DNA from: Octopus bimaculoides
Lineage: Eukaryota
Assembly (NCBI RefSeq): GCF_001194135.2
Contig: NC_068991.1
Location: 74,592,747 to 74,637,178, forward strand
Length of the DNA: 44,432 nt
Direction of reading: 5' to 3'
Part shown: piece after piece, positions 12,469 to 23,369 of the stretch
Layout: each line of letters starts with the position of its first letter
Numbering within the stretch: position 1 is the stretch's first letter
Made by a program: the position numbers and the translations under genes
Notes under the pieces: generated by a model
What the model was told of the DNA's origin: nothing
Seen by the model: the letters and a program-made list of their open reading frames with translations, nothing else
Database searches by the model: none

Positions 12469-13808
12469 CAACAACAACAACAACGACAACACCAACAATA
12501 ATAATAATAATAAATGCCCCTGATGCAGTACCAGTCACTGGTTCTCATGCCTTCTCATCTTAACTGATTGGAAGTGTACATTGTTTTGTCTTCTTATAAA
12601 AGATGGGCTACAGCAAATATTCTGCTCAGTACCACAGATTTGCTTGTCAGTTGTTTGACCTTAACCAGTTGAGCATGTCCCTTGGTGACAGACGGTATGT
12701 GCATCTCTGATAACGAACAGAAGTTGTGGGGGAGCATCATAGCCATGTGCTGAGAGGAATTCTTTTACGTTTGGATAATTCACCTTTGGAAACATGGGTG
12801 TCGTTCAACTTCCTTAAATAAACCTTATTCAGGGACCTTTTGAGCGGGTTGAACTACTTGACCTGAAGAAAATTCTAACTGGATCCCACCTGTAAGGTCG
12901 TGTGCTGTTTATTTTGATATGAGACCACCATAAGAAAGGGGGATTGTCAGCTGCATTGACTCTTTACTCGATTCATTCATTCAAAATAAGATGTAGCAAA
13001 TGTTAATACTTTACCTGAATAAAAATGCCTTCAAGTCCCCGTAATACTGCAAACACAACATAATTTGGAGAAAATGACGATCCGACACTGACGATTAAAG
13101 TAAGAATGCCACTCAGCACCAAAATAGGTTTACGTCCTCTTGNNNNNNNNNNNNNNNNNNNNNNNNNNNNNNNNNNNNNNNNNNNNNNNNNNNNNNNNNN
13201 NNNNNNNNNNNNNNNNNNNNNNNNNNNNNNNNNNNNNNNNNNNNNNNNNNNNNNNNNNNNNNNNNNNNNNNNNNNNNNNNNNNNNNNNNNNNNNNNNNNN
13301 NNNNNNNNNNNNNNNNNNNNNNNNNNNNNTACTTAGCAATACGAAACATTGCAATTAAAATCTCTATTAAAGAAAAGAATCACAATTATAAATTATTCAG
13401 AAGTTCCATCCATATAAAAACAACAGATTTTCTTTTGTTCTATTTTGTTTCCTTGCTGAGTCTGAATAAAGGGGCAAAGTTCATAAGTTTGTAGGCCCTC
13501 CCGACTACGGGAGTGAAAAGATTAATATCATCAATATTCTGTTGTGTGTCAATACCTGCAGAAAAGACCTAAGCGGGAAAAAGATTCTAGTGGGACGATG
13601 TTCTGGTGATGAAGAATTAGACATAATGGCAAGTCTTTGGGATGTAGTTATATAAAAATATAAACGGGTATGCAGTTAAATGTTGAAGCGAATATAACGG
13701 GTTTTGTGTGTTTTTAAATGGCTTATAAATACCTTCCACGCTGCAATTGTTTTCGTTCCAGCACACGATCACAGATCAAGTCACTTGCTATGCAAGTACA
13801 TCTCCGTA

Positions 13809-13882
<74 letters not shown>

Positions 13883-16800
13883 TTACCTCCGATACAAAAG
13901 AGCTATATTTGTCGCGATCATAGCTGTAGCCATTGATACATTCCAGAGTCTCGTTCTTGCTGCTGCCGTCCAAGCTGTTTATATTTATCTGGCATGCTTC
14001 GTAGACAATTTCATGTGTTTCGTTGCTGTGATAACCATATTCTTGTAATTGGGACGTATTCAATGGGGCACATTCTGACCCTGGGATAAACCCTAAATAA
14101 AAACAAGAAAGAAATTTAAAAAGAAAAGACAATATTTCGAAAGCAACACACACACACACACACACACACATATGTATCTACCTACATACATTAGTGCATG
14201 CATATATATATATATATATATATATAATCGATTGTCGGGCGTTGGGTAGTTGCGCGTACGATAACTATGGCAGCATCTGATAAAGCATGTCTCTCTAAGA
14301 CCCAGGCATCCACTACCTGCTACTGTCTCTCACTCAGTCGTTTTCAAGTTGCATGAATGAAAACGATGTTCAAAAATATATATATCGTTATACAATGTCC
14401 TAGCTACAACATCATGTCTTATCGGTAGATAATACCGTGATGAGATTTTTGAACAAATGCATATGATGTGGGTGATATCGTCAGTGTTAACTTCACAAAG
14501 CCTGCATCGGCTGTCACATTTTACTGCTTTTCCTGCATCTCTGCCCCTTTTGTGCATCAGGTATTTAGTTGATATTTCCTGTTCCCGGATTGCAAACTCA
14601 TACTCTTCAAAGTGGGAGGTAGTAATCCGATTGTTAGTCAAGATAGACTGCTTAGATGATCAATGTTACTATCATCTCTGAGTTTTCTACTAACATATCC
14701 ATGCAAAGTCTGCTTATCCTTTCATCTGATGATACGTTGCGGTGGAGTCGTGCGACTTCTTTGGGCAAGTATTTAAGGTTATCAGACAAGGAATGCTGCT
14801 CAAGGAGCTGCCTTCCAAATCTTATGATGTTATCAACCTCATGTATGCAAACTTGGTCAAGGGATTGTTAAAAAATGTTGCCGAAGGGCTATGATACGAC
14901 ATTCAAATGAATTTTGTTCCTTTTCTGAATGTCAAGCCTCTGCCACCTTGTTTTGTAGTGGCGGTCTACGTCGGTGTTTATGTGGAAATTATGGGTGCTT
15001 TTTTAGTATTTTCCGCGTTTTCACATTAATGGCTCAGGTCTCATCAAGCATCCAATCGAGTATCCCAAATGTTGCTATGAGAACTGGCACTTCAAAAACA
15101 TTGTGGGCCACTGTTTTATTGAACGCAGAGAGTTCCGAGGCTCAAATTTCCTTTATTTGACTGTTATATTTTTTAGTGACACACGTTTTGTTATAAGTAG
15201 TATTGTAAGATCTGTTTTCACCCATCCCTAGGTACCTGTAACTTTCTTTATCAGATATAGAGGAAACAGTCAGGTCATTGACGGAGATATTGCTAGTATG
15301 GTTTACACAACCATATAACAACGTTTTCACAACCATATTACAGCATTTATTCTGATCAAACTCCAACCCTACATCCTTTGAGAATGTTGTAACAAGGTCA
15401 AGGCTCTTTTTCATCTCGTGCATACTCTTTGCATAAAGTTTCAAGTCATCCTCAAAGAAACCGTGCGTAATTTTGGTACTTCTGTTTCCTTGTGAACTAG
15501 AGAGATGTCTTTCAGACTTCCTTAACATGAATGGCAAGGGGTTTACAGAAAGTATGAACATCACTGAGAAGCTGTCCCCTTGGAATATGCCTCTGAGATA
15601 CTGTATTCTATCAGTGATAATACAGTCATTCCTTGTGTTGAATTTCAAGATGGTGGCTCACGGTGAAGTCAGGTCAGCAATGGCTTTGGTTATTTTCACT
15701 GGAACTTTAGCAAGTTGAAGGGCTTCTAACTCCCATGAGTAGGGAAAAGAGTCAAATGCTTTCTTGCAGTCTAGCCACATTGAAACTAGGTTCCTCCTAT
15801 GCTCTCACACCTCTGACATCACAGTTTTGTTGATTAAAAATTGCTCGGCGCATCCCCAGACTCCCTTCTTCCCAACTGCATATGTGCGTATGTATGTGTG
15901 TATGTATGTATGTATGTATGTATGTATGTATGTATGTATGTATGTATGTGCACACACATACACACGCATGTATATAAATGTATATGTATGAAAAAAGTAA
16001 GAACGAGAATATTTACGAATATCTGCTTTGAAACTTATCAACTTGGAGGCTTCCCTACCCAAATTATATATTCCCATTTACGACAATAATTATCGCTAAA
16101 CATGGTAATGTTAGTAAATCAATGTCGAAAAGCTAAGGTTTTTCAACCAAACAGAGTGACCGTCTTATACGTTCTTAGCAAATACAATCTTTAAGCAGAA
16201 AAGTAAAAATATGGAAGGTTATCCTGAAACTTAACTAATCACATTTACTGTGTGACTAGCGTTGGATCTTTGTTCATGGAAAGTACCAGCTTATTGAAAG
16301 AATAATTTATAAAATTTGAAAAGGAAGATGATACAAGCACTTATATACATATACGAGGAAACATTTTCATCAAAACTTCTACGACATGCAAACATAACAG
16401 GCCTTTTGTATTTATTTGGGACAGAAAGAAAAACTCATTTATAATCATAGAGATTAAACTGCTTAATACATGTAACCATTTCTTTCAAGATCAGTGAAAA
16501 CAAAAATTATGGTCAATTGCTTCGAAACGTACAGCTTTTCTCCTCTGATTATAACATACCTTTATAAAAATTATTATTTTCAGTGCAGTTGGTTATGTTA
16601 GTTAATGTCTAAGTTACAACCTGGAAATGCTAGAAATGCTAGAAGGGGGCAGTTAACTCGCAGTTTACAAGTACAATATGCAAGATTTTACGGTTAAATG
16701 TGCAACGACTATCATTGCTGTTAGCCCAATTCCAGCAATAGGACTTTGATTCTTTCTTGGAAAATAATCCCTTCCTTCCAGGAAGAATACTAATAAATAA

Positions 16801-17944
16801 CAAAGCTGTTATGCATGCATAATTAAATATGGATATACATACAGACGTGGATTAATTAATGGTAGTCTTTCGTAACCTCAGAAAGAGGGTTCTGCAGTTT
16901 TTTGCTGAACAGGCTGTACAAATGAATTGTTTATAGTGATCAAACTTTTGTGCTGTACAGTAGTAGCGTATTCCTTCTATCAAATCGACGTTGCCTCAAC
17001 AAGTGCATAAGTGTGCCTGACATCAAGTGTCGAAGTGAGCAGAGCAACATAAAATGAAATGTTTCGCTCAATAACACAGTGCACCATTCGGTACGATCGT
17101 GAGAGCAACGTCCTATCAACTAGGTCATGCGCCTTCACACATTCATACATACATACAGATAGACATACAGACAGACAAACAAAGATGGTATTGGCAGTCA
17201 CTTGGAATGTTAGAAACAGCAGCTAAGCATTTCTCTAAATACATTCGACTGCTTTAACGGAAACCCAAAATATGTTGCGTAACATAGTTCCCGGTTCAGT
17301 GTTTCTGAAGAATAAAAACATACTGCGTAGTGAGGAGTGGAGTTTTGATAACAGGGCGGCACTTCTGATCAGCGCTGACTTGATAGCTAATCACCACCGC
17401 CGCCGCCACCACCACCACCACCANNNNNNNNNNNNNNNNNNNNNNNNNNNNNNNNNNNNNNNNNNNNNNNNNNNNNNNNNNNNNNNNNNNNNNNNNNNNN
17501 NNNNNNNNNNNNNNNNNNNNNNNNNNNNNNNNNNNNNNNNNNNNNNNNNNNNNNNNNNNNNNNNNNNNNNNNNNNNNNNNNNNNNNNNNNNNNNNNNNNN
17601 NNNNNNNNNNNNNNNNNNNNNNNNNNNNNNNNNNNNNNNNNNNNNNNNNNNNNNNNNNNNNNNNNNNNNNNNNNNNNNNNNNNNNNNNNNNNNNNNNNNN
17701 NNNNNNNNNNNNNNNNNNNNNNNNNNNNNNNNNNNNNNNNNNNNNNNNNNNNNNNNNNNNNNNNNNNNNNNNNNNNNNNNNNNNNNNNNNNNNNNNNNNN
17801 NNNNNNNNNNNNNNNNNNNNNNNNNNNNNNNNNNNNNNNNNNNNNNNNNNNNNNNNNNNNNCTTAGGCCGCTGACAACATATTGGGATATTTGGTAGGGC
17901 CCTTTCTCCTTCAGACTCATGAATAAAGAGTCAACATCGATCAT
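419..17944 (-). CDS. SLC22-family (organic cation/anion/zwitterion) MFS transporter gene, multi-exon; 3' end beyond window start; ortholog not assignable
   Basis: Manual minus-strand translation gives GT-AG exons in the expected order with SLC22 hallmarks: N-terminal D..F..L...G.YQ, Cys/N-glycosylation-rich first loop ending S.VSE, GRKP, WR, YYG..L, E.YPT.LR, N.GLG. Adjacent visible exons join in phase. Confidence 0.93.
515..800 (+). mobile_element. Diverged tRNA-derived SINE fragment
   Basis: B-box GAGTTCGATTCC followed by sequence resembling the family A body. Boundaries approximate. Confidence 0.5.
977..1360 (-). mobile_element. tRNA-derived SINE (family A, ~385 bp), full length, intronic
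   Basis: Minus-strand A-box (GCCCAGTGGTTAG) and B-box (GTTTCGATTCC). 11-bp TSD GCTCAGAAACT at 966-976 and 1361-1371. Homologous copies elsewhere in the window. Confidence 0.88.
1440..2015 (+). mobile_element. Penelope-like element RT fragment, frameshifted
   Basis: Peptides ELDYLTKFEVKTSNFYGLPKIHKS, RIVAGPASGTQRLSNLL, DDMDFLNHIP, SLYTNV..G.EA.EFW and RFSKEFILEG are typical of PLE RT. Confidence 0.8.
2013..2612 (+). repeat. G-rich degenerate minisatellite (units ~14-21 nt, core GGGG(T/C)GAAA(T/A))
   Basis: Roughly 30 imperfect units read directly, including three exact GAGGGGCGAAATTAAC-type units near 2450-2500. Confidence 0.85.
2613..2815 (+). mobile_element. Second Penelope-like RT fragment (diverged copy)
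   Basis: RILENDSFYE...GLTEKEKDHITNFKCKPSFFYGLPKIHKSQII repeats the FYGLPKIHKS segment of the first fragment. Confidence 0.75.
2909..3029 (-). CDS. SLC22 exon TM10: QNKVFSIINTVFSMMGMFGSSASNTVIWLYAPEVYPTNL(R)
   Basis: TTTCAG acceptor at 3031-3030, AG|GTATGT donor at 2908. 121 bp. E.YPT.LR signature. Confidence 0.94.
4385..4540 (-). mobile_element. SINE family B fragment
   Basis: Reverse complement of the ATAAGTACCAG...GGGGTTGATGTAATC core shared by the copies at 27490-28400. Boundaries approximate. Confidence 0.6.
4768..4853 (-). CDS. SLC22 exon TM9: LERRSTVALFQGLAGVSLLCAVLVNNFA(G)
   Basis: TTTCCAG acceptor at 4855-4854, GTATGT donor at 4767. 86 bp, phase 2 to phase 1, in frame with both neighbours. 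Confidence 0.9.
5575..5766 (+). repeat. SINE family A 3' tail followed by (AAG)n/(GAG)n microsatellite
   Basis: AACTGGAACCCTCGTCGTCGTAACGGACAG tail then a trinucleotide run with a 10-N gap. Confidence 0.75.
6300..6900 (+). mobile_element. Probable 5' ORF fragment of an R4/Dong-type non-LTR retrotransposon
   Basis: Frame of ORF 6752-6937 reads KYSRGDNKEVLKALYHAMYFPT...WKQKH..VRPYIDSNKLANVRR, which resembles from memory the N-terminal block of R4/Dong ORFs. Confidence 0.5.
8425..8559 (-). CDS. SLC22 exon TM7-TM8: (W)LSNSLMYYGIYLMSSALAGDHYLNFFLVSLTEVVANIVMAMLLL(K)
   Basis: TTTCAG acceptor at 8561-8560, GTAAAT donor at 8424. 135 bp, phase 2 to phase 2. YYG, L.GD.YLNF...L.E motifs. Confidence 0.93.
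9807..9811 (-). CDS. 5' edge of SLC22 exon expected to carry PES.RW motif; rest in gap 8965-9806
   Basis: Pyrimidine tract and CAG acceptor at 9813-9812, then G TTC C. G completes the TG|G Trp from the previous exon, then Phe and a C-starting codon, then Ns. Confidence 0.65.
10217..10532 (+). mobile_element. tRNA-derived SINE (family A variant) ending in a (AAG)n tract
   Basis: A-box GCGTGGCTTAGTGGTTAG, B-box GAGTTCGATTCC, shared body and AACTGGAACCCTCGTC tail. Confidence 0.82.
10533..10680 (+). repeat. (AAG)n microsatellite, ~49 units
   Basis: Perfect run read directly. Confidence 0.97.
11159..11361 (-). CDS. SLC22 exon TM4-TM6: GLSVSCITIMLEHFPVSSKTLMCGVTGIVWSLSVVPFGPIAYLLRHYNWRINNIVFSATHAVVFFQF(W)
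   Basis: TAG acceptor at 11363-11362, TG|GTAAGT donor at 11158. 203 bp, phase 0 start matches previous exon. AY..R..WR motif. Confidence 0.92.
11395..11598 (-). mobile_element. SINE family B copy
   Basis: Reverse complement of GGCAAAATCGTTAAC...GAGTTCAAATTCCGCCGAAG...ATAAGTACCAG. Confidence 0.75.
11660..12407 (+). mobile_element. R4/Dong-clade non-LTR retrotransposon 3' end (CCHC + restriction-like endonuclease), 5'-truncated, flanked by (AAT)n
   Basis: AAQEQAL, CRMCGERGETVWHIVSEC (CCHC), RKPDIVVVNKKERTCMIIDI (PD..D RLE), IGALG and LQKSTLLGTAKIL. Stops and frameshifts present. Confidence 0.88.
13015..13142 (-). CDS. SLC22 exon TM3-TM4: RGRKPILVLSGILTLIVSVGSSFSPNYVVFAVLRGLEGIFIQ; 5' boundary uncertain (abuts gap)
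   Basis: MFS motif A remnant GRK, SPNY..F...R..G pattern, CAG|GTAAAA donor at 13014. Confidence 0.9.
13887..14092 (-). CDS. SLC22 exon, large extracellular loop: (G)FIPGSECAPLNTSQLQEYGYHSNETHEIVYEACQININSLDGSSKNETLECINGYSYDRDKYSSFVSE
   Basis: Polypyrimidine tract and AG acceptor at 14094-14093, GTAAAT donor at 13886. 206 bp, phase 1 to phase 0. Three Cys and three N-x-S/T sequons; ends S.VSE, where the family's W/F-DLVC motif normally follows. Confidence 0.92.
14270..15780 (-). mobile_element. R4/Dong-type non-LTR RT and CCHC fragment, degenerate
   Basis: RGIFQGDSFS (RT4), FFEDDLKLYAK (RT5), TFGILDW, CRLCEVNTDDITHIIC and RHDVVA. Bounded by microsatellites. Confidence 0.87.
16870..17260 (-). 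mobile_element. SINE-like dispersed repeat (related copy at ~21860-22085)
   Basis: Shared CATCAAACCGACGTTGCC...CAAGTGT.GAAGTGA.CAGAG segment in both copies. Boundaries approximate. Confidence 0.55.
17862..17944 (-). CDS. SLC22 first coding exon (5' part): MIDVDSLFMSLKEKGPYQISQYVVSGL; remainder and donor lie in gap 17424-17861
   Basis: ATG at 17944-17942. The peptide resembles the SLC22 N-terminal D.L...G..G.YQ pattern and runs into Ns. Confidence 0.8.
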
Positions 17945-18554
17945 TTTGGCAAGTTTGAAAGAGGAGGGAAAGTGTAAGAGAAAGAGGGGGAGAGAGAGAA
18001 AGAAAGAAGAAGAGAGAACGTAATGTAGTTTTTGAAAGATTTAAACTGTTTCCTTCCAAGCTGCAGCTTGTGAATGAATGAGTGATGGGCAAATGACTCT
18101 AATTTGGTTATTCTCGACACTGAATATTATAAACTGGATCTGCATGTCTTGTGTCTTATCTTCGCGACAGCTGAAGATAACAGCCGTATGTTCAGAAATA
18201 CGGTTACGAATGTAAGAGTGTCTTCATTTGGCTTACAGTTAAAAAAAAGCGGCAAATTAAAGCATTTTTTACTTTTTTATATATATATTATATATTTGTT
18301 TTCAATTCCGTACAATCAATACACACACCCAAACATACACAACACACATACACACATTCATATACATATATAATGCATACATGCATGCATACATACACTC
18401 ATGCCTATATACATATGTTCATGCATACACACACATATATAGAGGTATACATGCATACATAAATAAATGCATACATTCACATATACATACATGCATACAT
18501 GCACATACATATACATGCATACATACGTACACACATATATACATATGGCACCCA

Positions 18555-20990
18555 CACATTTTTGTTGATATTCTGGTAATATGATCAACATCAAGAGAGA
18601 ATTAGAAGTCACAGCATTCTTACGAGTTATAGGAATGGCGTTTGGGAAAGATAAATGCTCATACATGATAGTCAACCGAGGGAAGATTGGCGACCAGGCA
18701 GGGAACATTTACATCAATGGCTCGTCTGTCTGTCTCCCCTATTTTTAAGGATCAAAGCTACAAGTATCTCGGAATCGAATCGGTGAGAATGTTGCATACA
18801 TTGGTGCTGCGACCAAAGCCAGAATAACTAAAGAGTACTTCTGTAGACTCCGGAAAATATGGAACTCAGAGTTGTCTGCATTTAACAAGACTATATCTCA
18901 CAATGCTTTTGCAGCACCAATGCCGGTACCAACATTTGGGACATTGGACTGGACACTCGACGAGTTACGCAGCCTGGACATCAAAATCAGAAAGACACTG
19001 ACCACAACTGGTAACTTCCACATAAAGAGCGGCACTGATAGGATATATGTGAGATGAAATGATGGCGGTAGAGGAATAAGGTCAGTCCAGATAGCCTTTG
19101 AATGCCTCATTGTATCATTTAGACAACACCTCCTAAACAGTAAAGAAAAAATGTGTATATTCCATGCTTACTCAAAAATAAGAGCAACAACATCTTCAGA
19201 GCTGGAGAAGAACTACTGAGCAAGATGTCTGAGGATACAACTGTTTTACGCGACCTAAAGAAGCCTGGACTGGTCTACCTAAACAGAGGGTAGGAGAAGA
19301 GGCAAAGCATCATATCAACAAAAAGCGAGTACATATCCCATAAGCTCGAGGGCAACAACAACATTGACAGGAAGAGTAGCTTGTCCTGGGCCGCAATAGA
19401 TACATTACATGCTATCTAGAAGGATACGCCGTTGCAATCTAGGAAGTTGGAGACTAATACCTGATAAACAAGACCGACAAAGATATCACCAAACCTCCAC
19501 GTTGTCATTAAAAATGCCGGCTCTGCTATACCTAGATTGCCTGGATCGGCCAGGCCGTCGGGTGCCAAGTTGGCTCTACTGGCCACAGCATTCACTCCAT
19601 TTCCCTCGTGCTCTCGACATTCTCTTCCACGTTGTTCCAAACGTTTATCTTAAATTATTTTCCCACATCATTGGAGGTTTTCCGACTGGTCTCTTCTGCT
19701 CATATGGGTACCACTCGACAACTGCATGGAGCCATCGTGTGTCTGTGAGCCTTGCGACATGACCGGCCCATCGTAGCTTTACGCGGTGGTATTCTTCGAC
19801 GACGTCTTTCACTCCAGTCCTATCTCTGATCTCTTCTTTGCGGTTGTGATCTCTTAGCGCGATTCCCAACATCGACCTTTCCATGGCTCTCTGTGCCGTA
19901 AGCAGATGTTGTTATTCTCTCTTCGTCAAGGCCCAAGTCTCACATGCATATAGCATTGCAAGCAAGACTGATGTTGAAGAGATTGGCGAGAGGTGCCTTG
20001 TCTAGGTTCATCTTCAGTACATCCTTCACCGAGCTCAATGTTCTTCATCCGGCTCTTACTCTTCGCCAGATCCCATTCTCCATCTCCCGCCTTGTAGTCA
20101 CTTCTTGACCGAGATACACATAGCTGCTTTCCTCTTCTGCTTCATCGCCTCCGACTGTAAGACGACCGATCGCTACACCCTCAGACCGTATGTACTTGGA
20201 TTTCGTACGCTTCATCTTCAGACCGACAGCCGAACCCCTGAAATCCAGTTCGTCCAGCATGGTCTGTTATACTAGTGTGAAAGATATCACCCACATAATC
20301 AGCAGCTGCCTTAAAATGTCTACAAGATACTACCTGCCCTTGAGGCATATTTCCAAAGACTATCTACAAGGCTATCTGCAGGAAGGACTGCCCTGTCGCA
20401 TACATCAAAGGCATGCCAGAACCAGTAGGTATTCATACCATTAAAAAACAAAGAATACTGATGGAACACTCCAATAAAAAAAAACATCAATGCGGTGCCG
20501 ACATAACAGACCTGATATTGTTCTAAGGGATAGGGAACGAAAGTCATGGACTATTGTAGAGGTCAACTGCCCAGCGGATGTGAATGTACAATCAAAAGTT
20601 CAGGAAAAAGAAAACATGGCAAGTTAAGGCGGAACTTACAGCTCATGTACCCTGACAATGAATGCACATTTGTACCTATCATCATAGGGGCATTAGGTTA
20701 TGTACCGACAAATAAGCACAAAAGTCTAGAAATAGTCGGTTTCAGGGACAAAAAAGCAAAAGGAGCTGACGCGGATTCTTCAAATCCAGTTTGTTAATGA
20801 CATTGTGAAGATTTCCAAAACATCTCTGAGATTCTTAGGTGAATAGATGTAAACACTTGACTGTATGCATCGACGGTTCAAGCAACACACCAATCCAACC
20901 ACATATTTACAAACACCGGGAACTTTCTCAACTCAAAAAAATCTTGTCGCTTTGTTAGCGACCGATTTGAACTCTCCCAAGAACTTAAAT
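18555..20990 (+). mobile_element. R4/Dong-type non-LTR element (RT C-terminus to 3' UTR), interrupted by an RTE insertion at ~19536-20262
   Basis: GMAFGKDKC, AFNKTISHNAF, TFGTLDWTLDE, KCRLCYT resumed as CYTSVKDITHIISSC after the insert, RYYLPLRH, PIIIGALGYV. Homologous to 14270-15780. Confidence 0.85.
19536..20262 (-). mobile_element. RTE-clade LINE 3' fragment nested in the Dong copy
   Basis: YVYLGQEVT, MERSMLGIALRD, KLRWAGHVAR, RPVGKPP.MW. Degenerate ~13-bp TSD TCTG(C/T)TATAC(C)TAG at 19522-19535 and 20263-20275. Confidence 0.87.
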
Positions 20991-21054
20991 TAAACTCAAA
21001 GGAAAAGACATACAAAATATCTACGAGATAGTATCTACCGTTTAGACATGATAT

Positions 21055-21740
21055 AATTGCAAAACCATTTACGATGCTATACGCGGGAAGGACTGACCTA
21101 ATAAATACATCTAAAGCACGTCAGAACCAAAATGTATTCACACCTCTAAAAACAAGGAATGCTAGTGGAATATTCCAATAAAAGCATCAATCCTTAACAA
21201 ACAAAATAGACCTGATATTTTTCTGCGGATCAGGGAACAAAAGCCATGCGCTGCTGTGGAGGTCAACTGCCCAAAAGGTCAGGAAAAAGAGAACATTTAT
21301 GGTGAAATAATGTGGAACTCATAGCTCTTGTACTCTGACCATAGACTTTCATTTGTACCTATCCTCATAGGTTCATTTGACTATGTAACACTGGATTTGT
21401 GCAAAAACCTTGGAATGGTAGGCTTTCCAAGAAAGAGAAAAAGAAACTGGCACACACGCTCCAACTCCGGTCTGTCAAAGGCACGTTAAAATCTGTAAGA
21501 CATTCCAAAGATTTTCCTTGTGAGATCCTCTAAATGAACATAAGCATACTTTTGGCTGTGTTTATCAAGAATGAAACATATGTAAAAAAATTATCATGCA
21601 CACAGACATGTTCACGCAGAACACAAGTTCAGGTAACCACACCTAGATATATGCGCTAACTCAACCAATGATTTATAAACCCTGGTCTTATCTCATAATG
21701 TCTTGCCACTTTGTTAACGACCGACTTCAACTCCTTAAAA
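21055..21740 (+). mobile_element. Second R4/Dong-type 3' fragment (RLE region + 3' UTR)
   Basis: KTIYDAIR, NRPDIF, VEVNCP, EKENIYGEI, FVPILIG. 3' UTR resembles 20930-20990. Confidence 0.75.
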
Positions 21741-22208
21741 GAGAACTCAAAATCTGAAAGAAATCATAAATGTTTCTTTTATGATTTCGTATCATGATTT
21801 TTATTTCATATGATACATGATGTTATGATACATACATACATGATGATATATGATGCTAGTTTCAAGTGGTCCGAGAAAGACGGTTCTACAATCTCTTGCT
21901 GATCAACCTGCACAAATAGTTTGCTTATAGTGATCAAAGGTACGTTCTGTAAATTAGCTGTCTCCCTCCATCAAACCGACGTTGCCTGAACAGGTTCCCG
22001 GTGCACAACACATCAAGTGTGGAAGTGATCAGAGATCAACGTGAGATGAAGTGTTGTGCACAAGAACACAACGCACTACCCTATCCCCCATGTTCACCAA
22101 AACTGCCAAAATGAGGCTCTATGAGTGGTTAAAATAAAACTGAATTTAGTTCCTTTATTTTGGGAGACATTCCGTTATCTCCATAGATAATCTATTAACG
22201 ATATCAAC

Positions 22209-22906
22209 GGTTGGCACTCCGTCGGTTACGACGTCGAGGGTTCCAGTTGATCTGATCAACGGAACAGCCTGTTCGTGAAATTAACGTGCAAGTGGCTGAG
22301 CACTCCACAGACACGTGTACCCTTAACGTAATTCTCGGGGATATTCAGCGTGACACAGTGTGACAAGGCTGACCCTTTGAATTACAGGCACAACAGAAAC
22401 AGGAAGTAAGAGTGAGAGATAGTTGTGGTGGAAGAATACAACAGGGTTTGCCACCACCCCCTGCCGGAGCCTCGTGGAGCTTTAGGTGTTTTCGCTCAAT
22501 AAACACTCACAACGCCCGGTCTGGGAATCGAAACTGCGATCCTACGACCGCGAGTCNNNNNNNNNNTCTGATCAACGGAACAGCCTGTTCGTGAAATTAA
22601 CGTGCAAGTGGCTGAGCACTCCACAGACACGTGTACCCTTAACGTAATTCTCGGGGATATTCAGCGTGACACAGTGTGACAAGGCTGACCCTTTGAATTA
22701 CAGGCACAACAGAAACAGGAAGTAAGAGTGAGAGATAGTTGTGGTGGAAGAATACAACAGGGTTTGCCACCACCCCCTGCCGGAGCCTCGTGGAGCTTTA
22801 GGTGTTTTCGCTCAATAAACACTCACAACGCCCGGTCTGGGAATCGAAACTGCGATCCTACGACCGCGAGTCCGCTGCCCTAACCACTGGGCCATTGCGC
22901 CTCCAC
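22209..22906 (-). mobile_element. tRNA-derived SINE family A, one insertion displayed twice across a 10-N gap
   Basis: Perfect 12-bp TSD AACGATATCAAC at 22197-22208 and 22907-22918. Internal ~310 bp is identical on both sides of the gap. Confidence 0.88.
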
Positions 22907-23369
22907 AACGATATCAACATATTGTGTACAAACAACATAATTCTAACTAAGGTGCGAATTATATCAGCAAGAAGGAAAGCTTAGCTAGTTGATCGCCATT
23001 ATTCCCAGTGAGAGCAAATACTTTGAAGAAATTAAGGCACCACTTATGCTAACCCTGTGACTGAAATATGTAGATGACACTTTCAGAAATCTAACCTGAT
23101 CAGGAAGAATTGCAAGTACGGCTGTATGATGGAAGCTCAATAACACATTCAATACGCACACAATAGAAAAATAAAGGGCAATAAATTGTCTTCTTGGCTG
23201 TGGTAATGGCTTGAACTGGAACTTTCAATTGAATGTCCACTGGTAGTGTAGAAATTCTGGATACATCACTTGTAAAAGCTATGTGTGAGTTTTATGAAGA
23301 GTGATATATATAATCTAATTAAGATGACGAAGAATGAATTTAGTACATCTGTATTGTTAGTTACACAAC

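Noticed and set aside
12515-12930. Possible LINE 3' UTR abutting the (AAT)n tract
   Set aside because: It looks repeat-like, but I cannot support a class or orientation from the sequence alone.
13450-13560. TTTTCTGCAG acceptor as the missing DLVC exon
   Set aside because: No frame gives W/F-DLVC or a TM2-like peptide, and the phase 0 frame hits a stop.
22250-22872. Apparent tandem duplication of a SINE
   Set aside because: The two ~310-bp copies are identical and separated by a 10-N gap, and a single 12-bp TSD brackets both. This points to overlapping contig ends, i.e. an assembly artefact.
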